Of a stretch of 64,000 bases of DNA, positions 18,317-30,600 are shown in pieces. Numbering within the stretch: position 1 is the first letter of the stretch; each line of letters begins with the position of its first letter. Below the pieces are notes generated by a model. It had not been told where the DNA came from. It was given only the letters and a program-made list of their open reading frames with translations, and did no database searches. Source of the stretch: a virus (Duplodnaviria; Caudoviricetes); the IMG/VR virus record IMGVR_UViG_2593339199_000003, positions 32,001 through 96,000 of that record; one strand, written 5' to 3'. A program made the position numbers and the translations under genes.

Positions 18317-19369
18317 TTACTTTGCGATGATTCCGTGGTCGCCGTCATACGGCTTCCAGTCGTTGGCGTCCTCGTCCCATTTCTCCAAAATGAAATGGCT
18401 GAGAAGCGGGTGCTCATTGTACGAGAACGTGGCGTGCGCCATGCCATCCTGCACCGTCACCATGAGCCCCTTCGGTGTAATAGATTCCGTTACGATCTCC
18501 TTCTGATTTCGCATAATGGAGAAATCGGCGGTCCACTCGACACCTTTCATCGCTTCAATGTCCGTCAGCACCCCGGTCAGCATCTTCTCGAAGCGCTGCA
18601 GCATTTCCATGAGCGGGCTTGTCTTGGACACGACCGTCTCCAGGAGGAAATACAGGAAGTCATCCGGCACATCTTTGAATTTCATCTGCACGGGGAAGTA
18701 CAGTCGGACCGGCTGTTTCGGCGCTTCGTCCAAAATGATTTGACCCGTGACGTCGATTGACCCGAGCAGCAATCGGTTACTGGAAGTCAGGAAGCCTTTT
18801 TCGCCATTCTCGTCGAGAACGGTGACTAATCCATCCAGGAAGATGATGCCTTCTTCGGCCGGCACCTGAATGACGGTCTCCGTCACGTTGTGTGTCAGCT
18901 CCAGCTTGTAAGGCATAACAATATCCCGGTTGATGAAATCAAGACTGTCCTGTGCCATCTCTTGAATCCGGCGGAGCCTAAAGTCCAGCTTTAGGCCGTC
19001 ATCGACAACCGAATCCACTTCGGCAATGGCGTTATTGACCTCATCCTTAATGTAAGACTCGACTCCAGTACCAGATGCATTCTCCGCGATCTCCACGACT
19101 TGAGCTTTCAAGTCTTCCAGCAGCTTCTTCAACTTCTGCCCCTTCGCTGCCACGACACCAAATGTCGCCGTGTTGAGCTCGGCCAGCGCATCTTCAGCCT
19201 TGACGATCGCTGTAATGGCATTCGTTTTATTGATCGCAACCTGCGGGACCGCGGCCAGAATCGCGCCTTTATTCTGCTGCCAAGAAGACATCGATGTGCT
19301 CAGGTCATTCAGCTTCGCTTCGAGCTGATTCACAAATGGAATCAGCTCATTCGTGTTGCTCACTGGCAT
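18317..19369 (-). CDS. Hypothetical coiled-coil structural protein
   Basis: AAAGGAGG RBS before ATG 19369 (MPVSNTNE); the track extension to 19411 runs through a hairpin. Confidence 0.7.
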   Translation of the reverse strand: MPVSNTNELIPFVNQLEAKLNDLSTSMSSWQQNKGAILAAVPQVAINKTNAITAIVKAEDALAELNTATFGVVAAKGQKLKKLLEDLKAQVVEIAENASGTGVESYIKDEVNNAIAEVDSVVDDGLKLDFRLRRIQEMAQDSLDFINRDIVMPYKLELTHNVTETVIQVPAEEGIIFLDGLVTVLDENGEKGFLTSSNRLLLGSIDVTGQIILDEAPKQPVRLYFPVQMKFKDVPDDFLYFLLETVVSKTSPLMEMLQRFEKMLTGVLTDIEAMKGVEWTADFSIMRNQKEIVTESITPKGLMVTVQDGMAHATFSYNEHPLLSHFILEKWDEDANDWKPYDGDHGIIAK

Positions 19370-19384
19370 AGGGATTCCTCCTTT

Positions 19385-19420
19385 AAAAAAGCGGCTGGCG
19401 ATTATCACCAACCGCTTTTT
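19385..19420 (-). terminator. Rho-independent terminator (bidirectional type)
   Basis: AAAAAGCGGTTGGTGAT-A-ATCGCCAGCCGCTTTTTT on the minus strand. Confidence 0.75.
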
Positions 19421-19429
19421 ATTTTAACA

Positions 19430-19443
19430 TGAAAGGCATTACA
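19430..19443. promoter_or_regulatory. Operator-like copy TGAAAGGCATTACA
   Basis: 12/14 match to TGTAATGCATTACA, intergenic. Confidence 0.55.
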
Positions 19444-19451
19444 ATTTCACT

Positions 19452-22400
19452 CTAAATCTCAATGACTTCTAGGTCTTCGTCCGTATCCAGCACCGGCGTC
19501 ATCTTGACATAATCAACGTACATCAGACCCGTAGACTGGTCGATGGTATGATTAACAAGGATGTTCACCTGGTTGGCATCGGCAGGAAGCTCGACTTCCG
19601 CCGTGTAAACCATCCAATCGCCCTGCTCGACAGCCGGAAGCATGATACTTCCGACGAGGCCGGCAGTGCTGAAGATTTGGATCTCACCGCATAGGCGCTC
19701 CGAGGCGCTTGGATCAAGTCGCGCTTTCACGTCCACTCGGTACTTGGTCTTCGTGAGCTTCGTGCCAGGGAGCGTGATGGCATATTCGGCGTCATTGAAC
19801 AAACTCAATATACTGTCCTCGCCGTTGCCAAGGTCTGTCTCGTCGATGAAGTAGACGCCGCTCGAGAGCTTCTCGTTGTACTCGGTGATATGCTTCGCGC
19901 CCTTGAACTCGCTGTTGCCGATGATGTTTAAGTCTTCCTCCTCCGGATCCACGTATTCGATGATCGGCAGGTTGCCGTATGCTTTGTACTTGGCCACGGC
20001 CGCCTGGATCTCTGACTCGTGGAAGCCATCTGGATTGTTTGGCGATCGCAGGATGGACCGTGGCAGCCGGATGATGAACACGCCGTTCTCCTGATAGGCT
20101 TCACCGTCGAAGTAGCCGATGTCCCAGTTGTACAGCGACTCCTGATTGACGCTCTTGATGATCGCTTTGGAGAGCGCCTCATCGAGTCCGCCGCCGCGGC
20201 TCCGTGTATCCAGGATGATCATGTCCTTCTTGGCCGTGCTGTTCGGCTGCACCGTGAACTTGCCGATGCGCAGCATGGACGGATCGTAATAATAATCCTC
20301 CGGATCGAACCAGAAATCCTCGTCCGTATGGAAGATGCCCGTTGTCCTGCTCGTGCCTTCGATCAGCGTAAGCTCCGTCCCCTGCCGCACCCAGATGGAT
20401 GTCGGCCGCAGGTAGATGTGCATCTGGCGGACGAGCAGCTCGTTGCTGACATGCTCCTCGACCGTGTAGTCGCCAGCCACCATATCCCCCGGCACCCAGC
20501 GGCGTAGGCCGCGCATTGCCATCGTGAACTTGTGCCCCGGGCTTGGATTCAGATCCAAGTGGAAGAAATCGGTCTTCCCTGTCGTTTCGTTCTTGCGCTC
20601 GAAGCCGCGGTACGTATACCAGTCTTCTTCATAAGCGTATTGTACGATTACTTCATCCTGATCCCGGATCTTGTCATGCAGGTAAATGATACCCTTCTTG
20701 GCGTCCACGTCGGCCACACGGAGCTTCCGGGAATTGTTGATCCGCAGCGCCTCGACTTCCAGATAGCTGATGCCGACGTCCGACGACAGTACGATCGGCG
20801 TGAAGCGGGTCTGAATTGTCTTCTCGTTTAGGATGATCGGCGTCTCCCGCTCCACCAGCATGACCGGCCGTTTGTAGAACGACTGGTTCGTGTATTCGGG
20901 AATCGTGTAATCCATGACAATCTCCGTGGTCAGCTCCGCACTGCGCGGCGCATAGGAGATCAGCTCGGGATACGACATGTAGATCTGCGGCACCTTCTCC
21001 GCAGCCTCGAAGTACGGCAGCTGCAGTCGGCGCTTCACGCGCCCGTTCTTGACGCGCACGTACCAGTTCTGCGTCTCCATCTCGCTCATGGCGACCTTCG
21101 GCTTCTCGACTTCAATCTTGCGATTGTCGTCCAGCTTGATGGCCAGGATTGGCACTGCCTCGAGCTCCTCGAAGTTAGTCCATGCCGCCAGATCGACGAC
21201 CAGGCCATCCAGCAGATCGGAGGAGCCCGGCTTCAGGACGTTCTTCAAGCGCATGCGGTTCACACCGGCGTAAGCCTGATCAACCTCGAATTTTTCCATG
21301 CTGCCCAGCGTATAGCGCCAGCGGTAATTGACGCGGAACTCCTTGTTGCGGCCACTGATGTCGCCGCGCTCGATTCGAAGCAATACCTGATCCTTCGGCA
21401 CATCGCTCGGGATACCGAGTTTGCTATAGATGCCCTCCTCCGCAAACAGTGCGCCAAGCGACTTCACGTCCTCGTGCTTGTAGATCATGTCTGCCGTCTG
21501 CGGCCAGGTGATGGGCGTACCGACCGGCACAATCGGCGGCACATTTGCCTGCGCATTGACCTCATTAGACGGACCTATGGAGAGACTCACAGTGTCGCCG
21601 CCGGTGATCCAGATGCGGTTCCAGGAGAAGTTTTCGACATCGGCCGGGATCGCCGCCTTGGATAAGGTCGCCGGCGAGAGCGTGTAGCTCATGGAGCCGT
21701 CCGCCATGAGGTAGGCTTTTCCCGTTCCCTTAATGTTGATCGCATGCTCCGACGTCTTCCACGGCGTGATCTCCGTGCCGCCTGCCGTATAGTTGTTCGT
21801 TTGCGCATACGGATAGCCGTCTTTGATCCGTACATTCAAGTCGGCCGGATTCTTCTCGAACTGGACCGCGGCGGATGGATACGGCTGATAGGCAAACAGC
21901 GTGCCGTAGGTGGCCTTGATATAATCCTCGACCTTCCCTTTCAGGATATCTTCCGGCTTATCGTCCATCATCTTCACTTCGCCATTGCTGGTCAGATTGA
22001 CGTCCACCCAGTCCGTGTATTCACGATGCAGGTTCAGTTCCTGGAACGTCATTTTAGACCATGCACAGCCGGCCTGCGAGATGTTGCAGAGTCCATAGCC
22101 GCCCGAAGCGTAATCATTGTCAATTGCTTCAGCCACGAGCGTGCCGAGTGCTGCATCGCTAATATCGCGGCTGATGTAAACCTTCATCTGGTTGCCTTGG
22201 CAGATGACCGTGATCTTGACCGTTTCATTGGCATTCCAGCCTTGGTTGGATGCCGTCGTCGGGTTCGTGATGTCCGTGAAGGAGTTGCCCGAGTTGTCGG
22301 ATTTGTACTGGCAGTTTGGCGCGGCGAGATCACTGTATGGCGGCAGCGAGCTCGGTGACGCTTTGAAGATCCGTGTCTTCTTGTTGCCAAAGCCGGTGTT

Positions 22401-24647
22401 GTTCAGGTACTGGGTCATGTCGTAGACCGCATCGTAATTCGGATCCGGTACGCCCGGCAGCGTCTGCTGGTAGGCCGTATAATACTGGGCTGCAGAGACG
22501 CCGCGATTGCTGAGCAGGATGCGGCCGACGCCATTGCCGTCCGGTGCAGTAGCCTGCCACATTTGCTGGCGCTCCCAGGTGAACATATAATAGTGGTGCT
22601 CGTCTCTGACGCGGAACAAGAAGCCGATCACGTCATCGTCGTTGGAATCCTGGATCGAGACGACCGCCGAGAACTTGTAATCCGTCTTGCTAACATGCTC
22701 CCGGTTCCAATAGCCACTGACTTCTACCGCGTTCGTCACGAGTTTCAGCACATCGGACGAATTGTTATAGAACCATTTGTTCTTCGTGGCGCTGGTACCG
22801 ATGAAGTCCCAGCCAGTAAAGACGTCGAAGACCTTCGTTTGATTCTGCAAGGCAATCGAGTAATCCTGGAAGCAGCGGAACTGGCCGTGGTAGCTGAGCG
22901 TACTGGATATCTGACCTTCTCCGCTTGCTTCCCAGTTGAAGCTGAGCTCTGTCTTCTGCTTCTCGGGAATAATCGTGCATTGATGTGAGATCGGATTGTT
23001 CTTAATACGCACGTTTGGCTGCGCAGCTTCGCTCCAGTCGTCCGTCGTCAGGTTGCTCTTGGCCTGCGGCGCCTCGCTGCCGCTTGGGCCTACCTTCGTA
23101 TCGACGCTGCCGTTATCCGGGCTCGACGTTACCGTGTAGAGGATGTTGCCGTCTGCGTCTTCAATGGCGAAGGTGGCGTCGGCCGGCAACGACGGCATGT
23201 CCATCGGCAGGACCGTATTGATTAGGCTGCGCGCGCTCAGGAAGCCGGCGCCGGTGCGCATGCCGATCGACTTCCAGGCCTCCGAGTAATCCAGCGCCTC
23301 GTGCGCCAGAAGCGCTTCCGGATTGATTACCCAATCCGTGACATAGCCGAACGTGAGCCGGCGGGTGCTGCCCTCGTCATCTTGGAAGCTGGCTGTCAGT
23401 TTATAGTTAAAGATCTTCTTTACGCGCGGGTCGTATTCGGACTTCTGTGGCACTGTGATTTTATAGCCATCCTTGTCCGGGTACTCCTCAATCATGTAGA
23501 CTTCTTCGGTGTCATCTGCTGCTGCCAGCTGCTCCGAAGAGACTTCCTGATAGGCGCTTATGCCGTTGATGACTCGCAGCTTGCCTCCCTCGACATACAC
23601 CTTTCCGTCCTTGACGTTGATGGTATTGTCGTAAAGCTCCACGGCCTTGTTCACGCTTTTGAGCACTTCGTCCGAGACAACCTTATCTACATGATTGTAG
23701 CGGACCTTGTAGGTCTGCTCCTCGTCGGTGTTGAGCTGCAGATAAATCTTCGCCCAGTAGATTTTCGGATTGCCTTCCATCGCGCGGACATAGATCAGCG
23801 ACTTGATGCTGTCACCAAGCACGTTGCCATTCTCGTCCGTGATCTGAATCTGATTGCCGCGGTACCGAGTCACCTTGCCCGGTTCCCCCGGATCGCTATC
23901 GTAATGATACAGCAGCTCGAACTTGTAATAGAGTGCGGAGCTGATGCTCGCTTCATTGCGCAGAAAGCGCCGTGTGATGTTAACCTGGTTCGAGGGGAAC
24001 CGATCATACGGCGGACGCTTCACGATCGGCTGATCATCGGATATGATGTCGGCATACGAAAGGACGCCATTTTCGTCCGGCACAACCAGGCTTTCGATTT
24101 GCTCCATCGGTATAACGTTCTCATTGACGTAAGCCGTGTCGATGAATGAGACGTTTTCACTGCTGTTAATGCGCGGTGTATGCACGAAGGCCAGATTCAC
24201 ATCGCCCTCGGGCACCTGTTCTCCGACACGAAGCGCGAACGTGTTGTTCGGCAGCTTGCTGATGTACTCGTAGAGCTCGAGACCGTAACCAAGATTCATA
24301 TCGGGATGATAGTAAGCGATCGCCGTGCAGGCATCCGAGGTCGTTTCAAGCTTATGCTCGGCGCCGTCCCAGAAGGAGACAACGATATCCGGGCTGCCGG
24401 AGGAAGCCAAGTATTTGGTTACCTGAACATCTTCCCGCTGCAGGCCGTAGCTGCTTGCGTATTCCTGTATCAGCGGCTCGAACAGGTCGTGCATCGTTTT
24501 ATTTTCAGCCACAGTCTTGCTGGCTGTTGGGCGATTGAAGGTTTCATTGATGGAAAAGTTATCGGCCTCGTAATGAAAAGCATGCGCGAGAATTTCTTTA
24601 GATGGAACCGCAACGACGCAGCTGATGCGGTATGAAAACTGAATCAT
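19452..24647 (-). CDS. Giant virion protein with thrombospondin-C-like lectin domain and C-terminal CBM-like domain
   Basis: AAAGGAGG before ATG 24647; DDDVIGFLFRVRDEHHYYMFTW; C-terminal IGNSEF...W...MYVDYVKM. Confidence 0.7.
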   Translation of the reverse strand: MIQFSYRISCVVAVPSKEILAHAFHYEADNFSINETFNRPTASKTVAENKTMHDLFEPLIQEYASSYGLQREDVQVTKYLASSGSPDIVVSFWDGAEHKLETTSDACTAIAYYHPDMNLGYGLELYEYISKLPNNTFALRVGEQVPEGDVNLAFVHTPRINSSENVSFIDTAYVNENVIPMEQIESLVVPDENGVLSYADIISDDQPIVKRPPYDRFPSNQVNITRRFLRNEASISSALYYKFELLYHYDSDPGEPGKVTRYRGNQIQITDENGNVLGDSIKSLIYVRAMEGNPKIYWAKIYLQLNTDEEQTYKVRYNHVDKVVSDEVLKSVNKAVELYDNTINVKDGKVYVEGGKLRVINGISAYQEVSSEQLAAADDTEEVYMIEEYPDKDGYKITVPQKSEYDPRVKKIFNYKLTASFQDDEGSTRRLTFGYVTDWVINPEALLAHEALDYSEAWKSIGMRTGAGFLSARSLINTVLPMDMPSLPADATFAIEDADGNILYTVTSSPDNGSVDTKVGPSGSEAPQAKSNLTTDDWSEAAQPNVRIKNNPISHQCTIIPEKQKTELSFNWEASGEGQISSTLSYHGQFRCFQDYSIALQNQTKVFDVFTGWDFIGTSATKNKWFYNNSSDVLKLVTNAVEVSGYWNREHVSKTDYKFSAVVSIQDSNDDDVIGFLFRVRDEHHYYMFTWERQQMWQATAPDGNGVGRILLSNRGVSAAQYYTAYQQTLPGVPDPNYDAVYDMTQYLNNTGFGNKKTRIFKASPSSLPPYSDLAAPNCQYKSDNSGNSFTDITNPTTASNQGWNANETVKITVICQGNQMKVYISRDISDAALGTLVAEAIDNDYASGGYGLCNISQAGCAWSKMTFQELNLHREYTDWVDVNLTSNGEVKMMDDKPEDILKGKVEDYIKATYGTLFAYQPYPSAAVQFEKNPADLNVRIKDGYPYAQTNNYTAGGTEITPWKTSEHAINIKGTGKAYLMADGSMSYTLSPATLSKAAIPADVENFSWNRIWITGGDTVSLSIGPSNEVNAQANVPPIVPVGTPITWPQTADMIYKHEDVKSLGALFAEEGIYSKLGIPSDVPKDQVLLRIERGDISGRNKEFRVNYRWRYTLGSMEKFEVDQAYAGVNRMRLKNVLKPGSSDLLDGLVVDLAAWTNFEELEAVPILAIKLDDNRKIEVEKPKVAMSEMETQNWYVRVKNGRVKRRLQLPYFEAAEKVPQIYMSYPELISYAPRSAELTTEIVMDYTIPEYTNQSFYKRPVMLVERETPIILNEKTIQTRFTPIVLSSDVGISYLEVEALRINNSRKLRVADVDAKKGIIYLHDKIRDQDEVIVQYAYEEDWYTYRGFERKNETTGKTDFFHLDLNPSPGHKFTMAMRGLRRWVPGDMVAGDYTVEEHVSNELLVRQMHIYLRPTSIWVRQGTELTLIEGTSRTTGIFHTDEDFWFDPEDYYYDPSMLRIGKFTVQPNSTAKKDMIILDTRSRGGGLDEALSKAIIKSVNQESLYNWDIGYFDGEAYQENGVFIIRLPRSILRSPNNPDGFHESEIQAAVAKYKAYGNLPIIEYVDPEEEDLNIIGNSEFKGAKHITEYNEKLSSGVYFIDETDLGNGEDSILSLFNDAEYAITLPGTKLTKTKYRVDVKARLDPSASERLCGEIQIFSTAGLVGSIMLPAVEQGDWMVYTAEVELPADANQVNILVNHTIDQSTGLMYVDYVKMTPVLDTDEDLEVIEI

Positions 24648-24695
24648 AATGGATCCTCCTTTTGGGCCAATATGTAAAGAAAGCAATAGGGGGTG

Positions 24696-27600
24696 TTACG
24701 CCCCTATCACTTTTAGAAAGATAAAGTTACTCGATTCTTCCGCGCCCACAGTGCATGTTGCCGTTACCGCGAACACCCCTTGCTCTTGCGAGAGCCCCGA
24801 AATTGTAATCGAGGTCTGACCATAATCATCCGTCGTGGGAACGAAAGATCTTGTAACACCCTTCGTATCCTTATAAGCAACCCGAATTTGTTTGCCCGTC
24901 AGCACACCCCAGTTTTCATCCCGAAGCGTAATCGTGATGGTTGCCTCGTCATTCTGGCCGGCTAGCAGTACGGCTTTGCTGGTCTTCATTTCGAGGTAAA
25001 CTCGATTCGCCACGTTTGGCGCGTAGAAGCTCAGCTGCTCCATATTACTCAGATCAGCGCAGACGATCTGGTAGTTGGTGATATTGTCGCTCGGCATTAT
25101 TGGCTGATCGTACAGATAGACTTCGCCGGCCCGGTTCGTCTTGCCGGAGAACATCAGCTCGCCGTCGCGGTAGATGTCCACTTCCTTGTTCTGAATCGGG
25201 TTGTTGTATTTGTCGAGCGCTCGGCCTGTCACCAGAACCTTGCCCGTGCTGCCAGCTGGCAGCGACTTCGGCGAGATGCTGATCTCCAGCACCTTGGGAT
25301 CCTGATCCACCTTATTGGTCAGGCACAGGAAGCCGCGATGATTATGATTCAGGATTGGGTTAAACGAGACTTCCTCCGCCCGGTAGAACGGCGTGTCCTT
25401 CGCACCCTCATAGATAATCTCCATATCCTGCATCATGGTTGGATCGTAATTGTTGTGCAATACAATCCGTGCCACATCATTCTCTACATCATAGTTGTAA
25501 TCGACATAGAAACTATACAGCAGCTTATACCTGAACTCCATTATATCATCAAATCCCAAATTGTTCATGAACTCAATCGAAGAATTTTTAGGATTGAAGA
25601 TATATTGTGTTGAACTGATTGTAATGCCATTCAATGTGACAACCAGCGTGTCTGGATCGATAGCCTTGTACTGCAGGTAGTATTTCGCGTACCCGTTGCC
25701 GCTCATGGATTCGATGTTCTCGAGTGTCTGATTCACCCCGGTCAGCAAGCCTGCTGCGTTTCGGACCTCCTCGAAGAAGGCGACCTTACGTAGATTATTA
25801 CCCTCGTTGTCCCGGACGATGAATGCGGCGCCTTGCTGAGGCCGAGGGCTGATCAGGATCTGCTGATCCACCGGCGTCTTGACGAGTCGGATCTTCTCGG
25901 CGAACAGGTACTGCTCCTTCTCTTGGAAGTAGTAATAGCCGTTATGCAGCATCGGATTCCACGGCAGTGGAGCGGCACTGCGAACCTGCGCATTGATGGC
26001 GTAGCCGAGGAACGGCGCAAGCCGGCTGGATGGCACGATTTCCTTGGTTCCGCCTGGCTGCGTCCACTCCAGCTTCACCATTGCGCTTCCCGTGTTCTCG
26101 TAGTACGTTGCGCTGATTTCGTACCAGCGGCCGCCTTCGAGATTGATCGAGCCCGAGTTTGTGTCCGGCTCATCACGCCATGCGTCGATGACCTGCACCC
26201 TGTTCACCCAGAGCCTGAATCCATCGTCTGACGTCGAATGGAATTGATAGAGACCGGCAGTCGGCGCATAGATGTTGCCCCGCCAGCTGATGGCAAACCC
26301 ATCGCTTGGTGATCCGGACGCCGGCACCTGGATCGGTGCGATATATGGCTCCGGCAGATCCGGCGTATACACGTCGAGCGGCGCGTTCGGATCCAGGTAC
26401 GTCCGCGGAAGATGGCGATAATCGCTCCAGTCCGGTGCGTCCGGCGCGCTGGCCGGCTTCGTCGTGATCTCGGCGACAACCCTGCTCGTGCCGTCAATCG
26501 TCAGCGTGCCATGTGCGGCCGCCTTGTCGAAGCTGGTCTTTGTGATGCTGGCATCATTCATAATCTTGAACGAGCACGAGATGTCCGCTTCCGTCATCCC
26601 CGGATGTGCGGCAAGGAAATTGTTGATTTCCTGCAGGAACTCGTCATGGATGCTGATGTCCTTTACGATGACGGTCAGTGTCTTCGGCGAGTCCGTAATT
26701 GGCCGATCCACTTGTGCCGAAATCGTATGACGCTGGCCTGGGCTTTGCACGAACGTGTTCAGCAGCATCCGCGATGCCTTGAAGTCCCAGAAGTACGTTT
26801 TCGGTTGCGACGCGGTGACCGGCCCCCATGCTCCTTTCAGGATGGCATCCGGTGCGCTGTCGACGATGCTGAACTTCTCGGTGCCGTTCACCCAAACCGT
26901 AATCGAGCGGCCGACCAGCTTAACCTTGATTTCGTTTGTCTCGTCCGCGCCGAACGTCCATCCCTCATCGAGATGCGCCAACATAACTTTGGTGTACTGC
27001 AACTTGGCCACGCCGTACTGCGACGGGTTGAGGCAGATGTTGCGGTAGATGCCCATGCCCTTGGCGTCGGTTCCGCCGACCATATTGCGCGACCAGTATG
27101 CGTCCATCTCGAACGAGTAGAAGTTCAGTGTGCCCGGGTCGAATCGGAAGATGGCGCCGTACATGTCGTCATCCCCGGAGGCTACTTCCTGCACCTTGAA
27201 GCTAAAGGTATAATCGGTGAAGTCCCGATGGTTCGGATTGAAGAACCCCGAACGGTAGCTTTGGTTGGCCAGGTTTGTCACCTTGCTGTATCCATCTTCC
27301 GGAGGTCCATGCCAATCCCCCACGTCCGCGCCAACATTTTCATCGAACTTGATCCATTCCCCGGTGAAGTTCGAGATGTCGATCACTTCATCGGACGGAT
27401 AGCTAATGTCCAGATCGACGTTCAGATTAAAGGACATCTGGTCTAGGATCACCGATTGGCTCGTGAAGGCTGCGGCATTTGTGCCGACCGGCTCCGTACT
27501 GACGAATGGCGATTGGCTGCCCCAGTTGAAATCGATGCGAGCATCGACGCGAGAGAACTGAACATCGCCCAGGTAATTCGCCTTGCTCGGATCGAAGCTT

Positions 27601-30600
27601 CCCGTGACCTCATAGGATTGAACATGAATCCAGTCCTTCGGATTCAGCATGCTGCGGTCCACGACAAGCGTGCGGCCGCTCAGGCTGTACTTGCTCGGAT
27701 CGAGCTTCACGCCGTTCAGGTAAACCGTGACTCCAAGGCCCGGATCCTGCGTCAACTCGAACAGGTTGGTGATGCTGCCCGTCGCATAACGCACCTTCAC
27801 GTCCCCTGGCGTCACATACGAGCCATGCAGCTGGAACTGCTGGCCATCAACCGTGTAGCCTTCCGTCGAGCTCTGCGGGATCTCAACGCCATTGCGCTGC
27901 ACGGATAGAATCGTGAATGGCTGCAGGTCGTTGAAGCTGAACGTGCTCTGCATCGGTAGCTCGTCGATCTGATAGCCGCCAGCGGTGTAGTTGATATCCA
28001 GCAGGTCGGTCTTCAGCAATACCGGCCCAAGCGTAATCCGCTTGTCATCAACCACGAAGTCCGTGATGGAAATGCCGTTCACTTTGATCTGCACATTCCA
28101 TGGGTCTGCGGCAAAGTCCGTATAAAACTGCTGCTGCACGGTATTGCCGATGTTGCTTGTGATCGCGTAATCGGTATCCGTGATCCCTTGGTTATAGACC
28201 TCCACCATCCAAGAGCCTTCGATTGGCCGCGTAAACGTCATGAGCTCATACACATCCGCGCCGCCGCTGTAGTCGTACTTGGAGGCAGCCGTGATTAAGT
28301 TGCCGTTCTCGAAGATCGTCTTGCTGATGGCTGTCTGCGCCCAGGTGCCGTTATTGGCGGTGATGCCAAATGTCTCGCCGTTTGGCGCATGCACGATCAT
28401 GTCCGGGAACGTGTCTCCCGTATTCTGCATGAAGGACGTCAGAATCTTGAGCGAGCTCTCCCCTGCCGGCACGTAGATCGTGTGTGCGGTCTTCTGCTCC
28501 GTCGCTGCTGCGCGCCCACGGACTGCGGCCTGGCCTGCCAGGAATACTTCGCGCGCCGGCTCGCCGTCTTCTCTGTGAGCTGCGACTGCCTCCTGCACGG
28601 TGAATAGCTGCTCCTTTACATGGTAGTCGCCGCCGACGACGAATGATTCCTTGAGGATCTTCGTCTGAAGCGGGTACCGGTAATAGGTGCCGAGCAGGCC
28701 GCTGGTGTCGCCATCCTGCTTGTCGAGCCACACCGAAACAAATGGATTCGAGCTGATCGCTTCGATCTTCTCGATAAAGACGTTCTCATCATAATTCGGG
28801 TCGAGCATCGGGTTAATTGAGATCGTGTCGCCGATCGTTGTAACCGACTCATTGTCCGCGTAGAAGCTGCGCGGGTCTTCCACCCAGTCGGTGTACCAGT
28901 CGGTATACCATACGTAAGCATCCTGGTAATCGGACATGAAGTTCACGGTCTTCTTGAAGGTGTCATATTCAATGGTGACGTTCTCGTTATCCGTCTCGAT
29001 GAACGGCCCCTCAATGTGGGTCAGGTTCGGCGGCAGGAATACGGTGTCCGTTGGGACATCTACCATATTCGCTTTGCCGGCGCCGGAGCTGAAGAACGGA
29101 CGCTTGCCGTTGACCTTGCCCTGCCCGATATACTTACCGCTGATCCAAGGTACATACCGCGGATCCGCATCACATTTGATGACGACGCGATCGTTCTGCC
29201 GATCGGTGAACAGCAGCGGTTCGCTTGTAATCACGTTTACCGACGAGCTTGTGTTGCGTGTGGTCTGTCCCGGCTTCGATTCCCAATACATCCAGAGGAA
29301 GCTGAGCTTGCCGACCGGATACTTATGCAGCACGTAATGCACGTTGGCGTAGACGGCCGGCATTGGCGCTCCGGTATACGGATCGACATAATGCTCATGG
29401 TTTGGCGGTACGTCCACGTATGTGGGCTCGTCACTGTTGGCCACGCCTTCGTTCTTGATGTCGGCCGGGAACGTGCCTTGGTACCATTCGGTCGTCTTCA
29501 GCATGAGCACATCGGTCGGATCGTGATGCGTCGTCACCGTGCCAGCCTTCGCCCATTTCCATGCATGATGCGCCGGGTCGATAGTATATTCTCCGGAGTC
29601 CTGGAGCGTCAACGTGTACGTCGCCCACTTACCGCCGACGAACTCTTTCAGGTCACGAGCAGCCACCCAGCCGTCATACGCATAGACCGAATACTCGTAG
29701 GTCTTCTCCGTGATGACGTGTTCCGGATCGCCGTGCCAGAAGATCAGCTTCTTATTGTTCTCGAAGGCGAACTCCGTATCGCTCGATGCTGGCTTCACGA
29801 TCGTGTAGGTTGCCGTAATGGCATCCGGACTCAGATCGGCATGGCTTGCCAGGAAGTTGCTTTTCTCGGCCCGGAAGAAGTCATCGATATCCTCGAAGAC
29901 GACCGCGCCGCTCGTGTTATCGATGTTGTCCGGCGTCACCTCGAAGGTGCCTTTCTTGGTATAGGTGAACGACTGCGTGGTCCCGGCGTTCGGGCTGTTG
30001 AACGTCTTCACCGTGACTGGCTGACCGACGCCCGCGAATGCCGCACCCGCCGTGGAATCTTTCACCTCTGCCGAGATGCTGCCGATCGTATACGCCTTGC
30101 CGGTCACGCCCAGTTGCGCCATGCGTGCAAGCAGGTTGACCTTGATGTAGTCGGACGAGCTTGGATTAATCGTCTTTGGCGAAGGCGTAATCTCGTCGAA
30201 CTGTGCCCAGCCCGTTTGTGGTTCACGGCCGGTGAACTTGATCCAGTGCTTGACGCGGATCCCGTGGAACTCGACGGCTTGGGACCAGTTGCATGCGCCG
30301 AAAGCTCCGTTTTCCCAATCCGTATCAAACTCGAAGACCTTGGCGTATTCCTCAGTCAGGCTGTGTCGGACGAAAATTTCTGCATGCTTCCCCGTACAAC
30401 GTACTTTCATAGACTCCATCGTTTGGTAATCCCATCCGTTGCCGCCGCCCAGGTCGGTCGCGTTGACCTTGTACATCTTGCCATCCGTGACTTTGTAGAT
30501 GCGGCGGTGCTGCGTCTTCCAGCCGGTGCCGGTTTGATACGCACTCCAGAGCGAATCAGAGCTCAGGTAGTTTCGTGAGTACGCCATGTGATTGCCGTCA

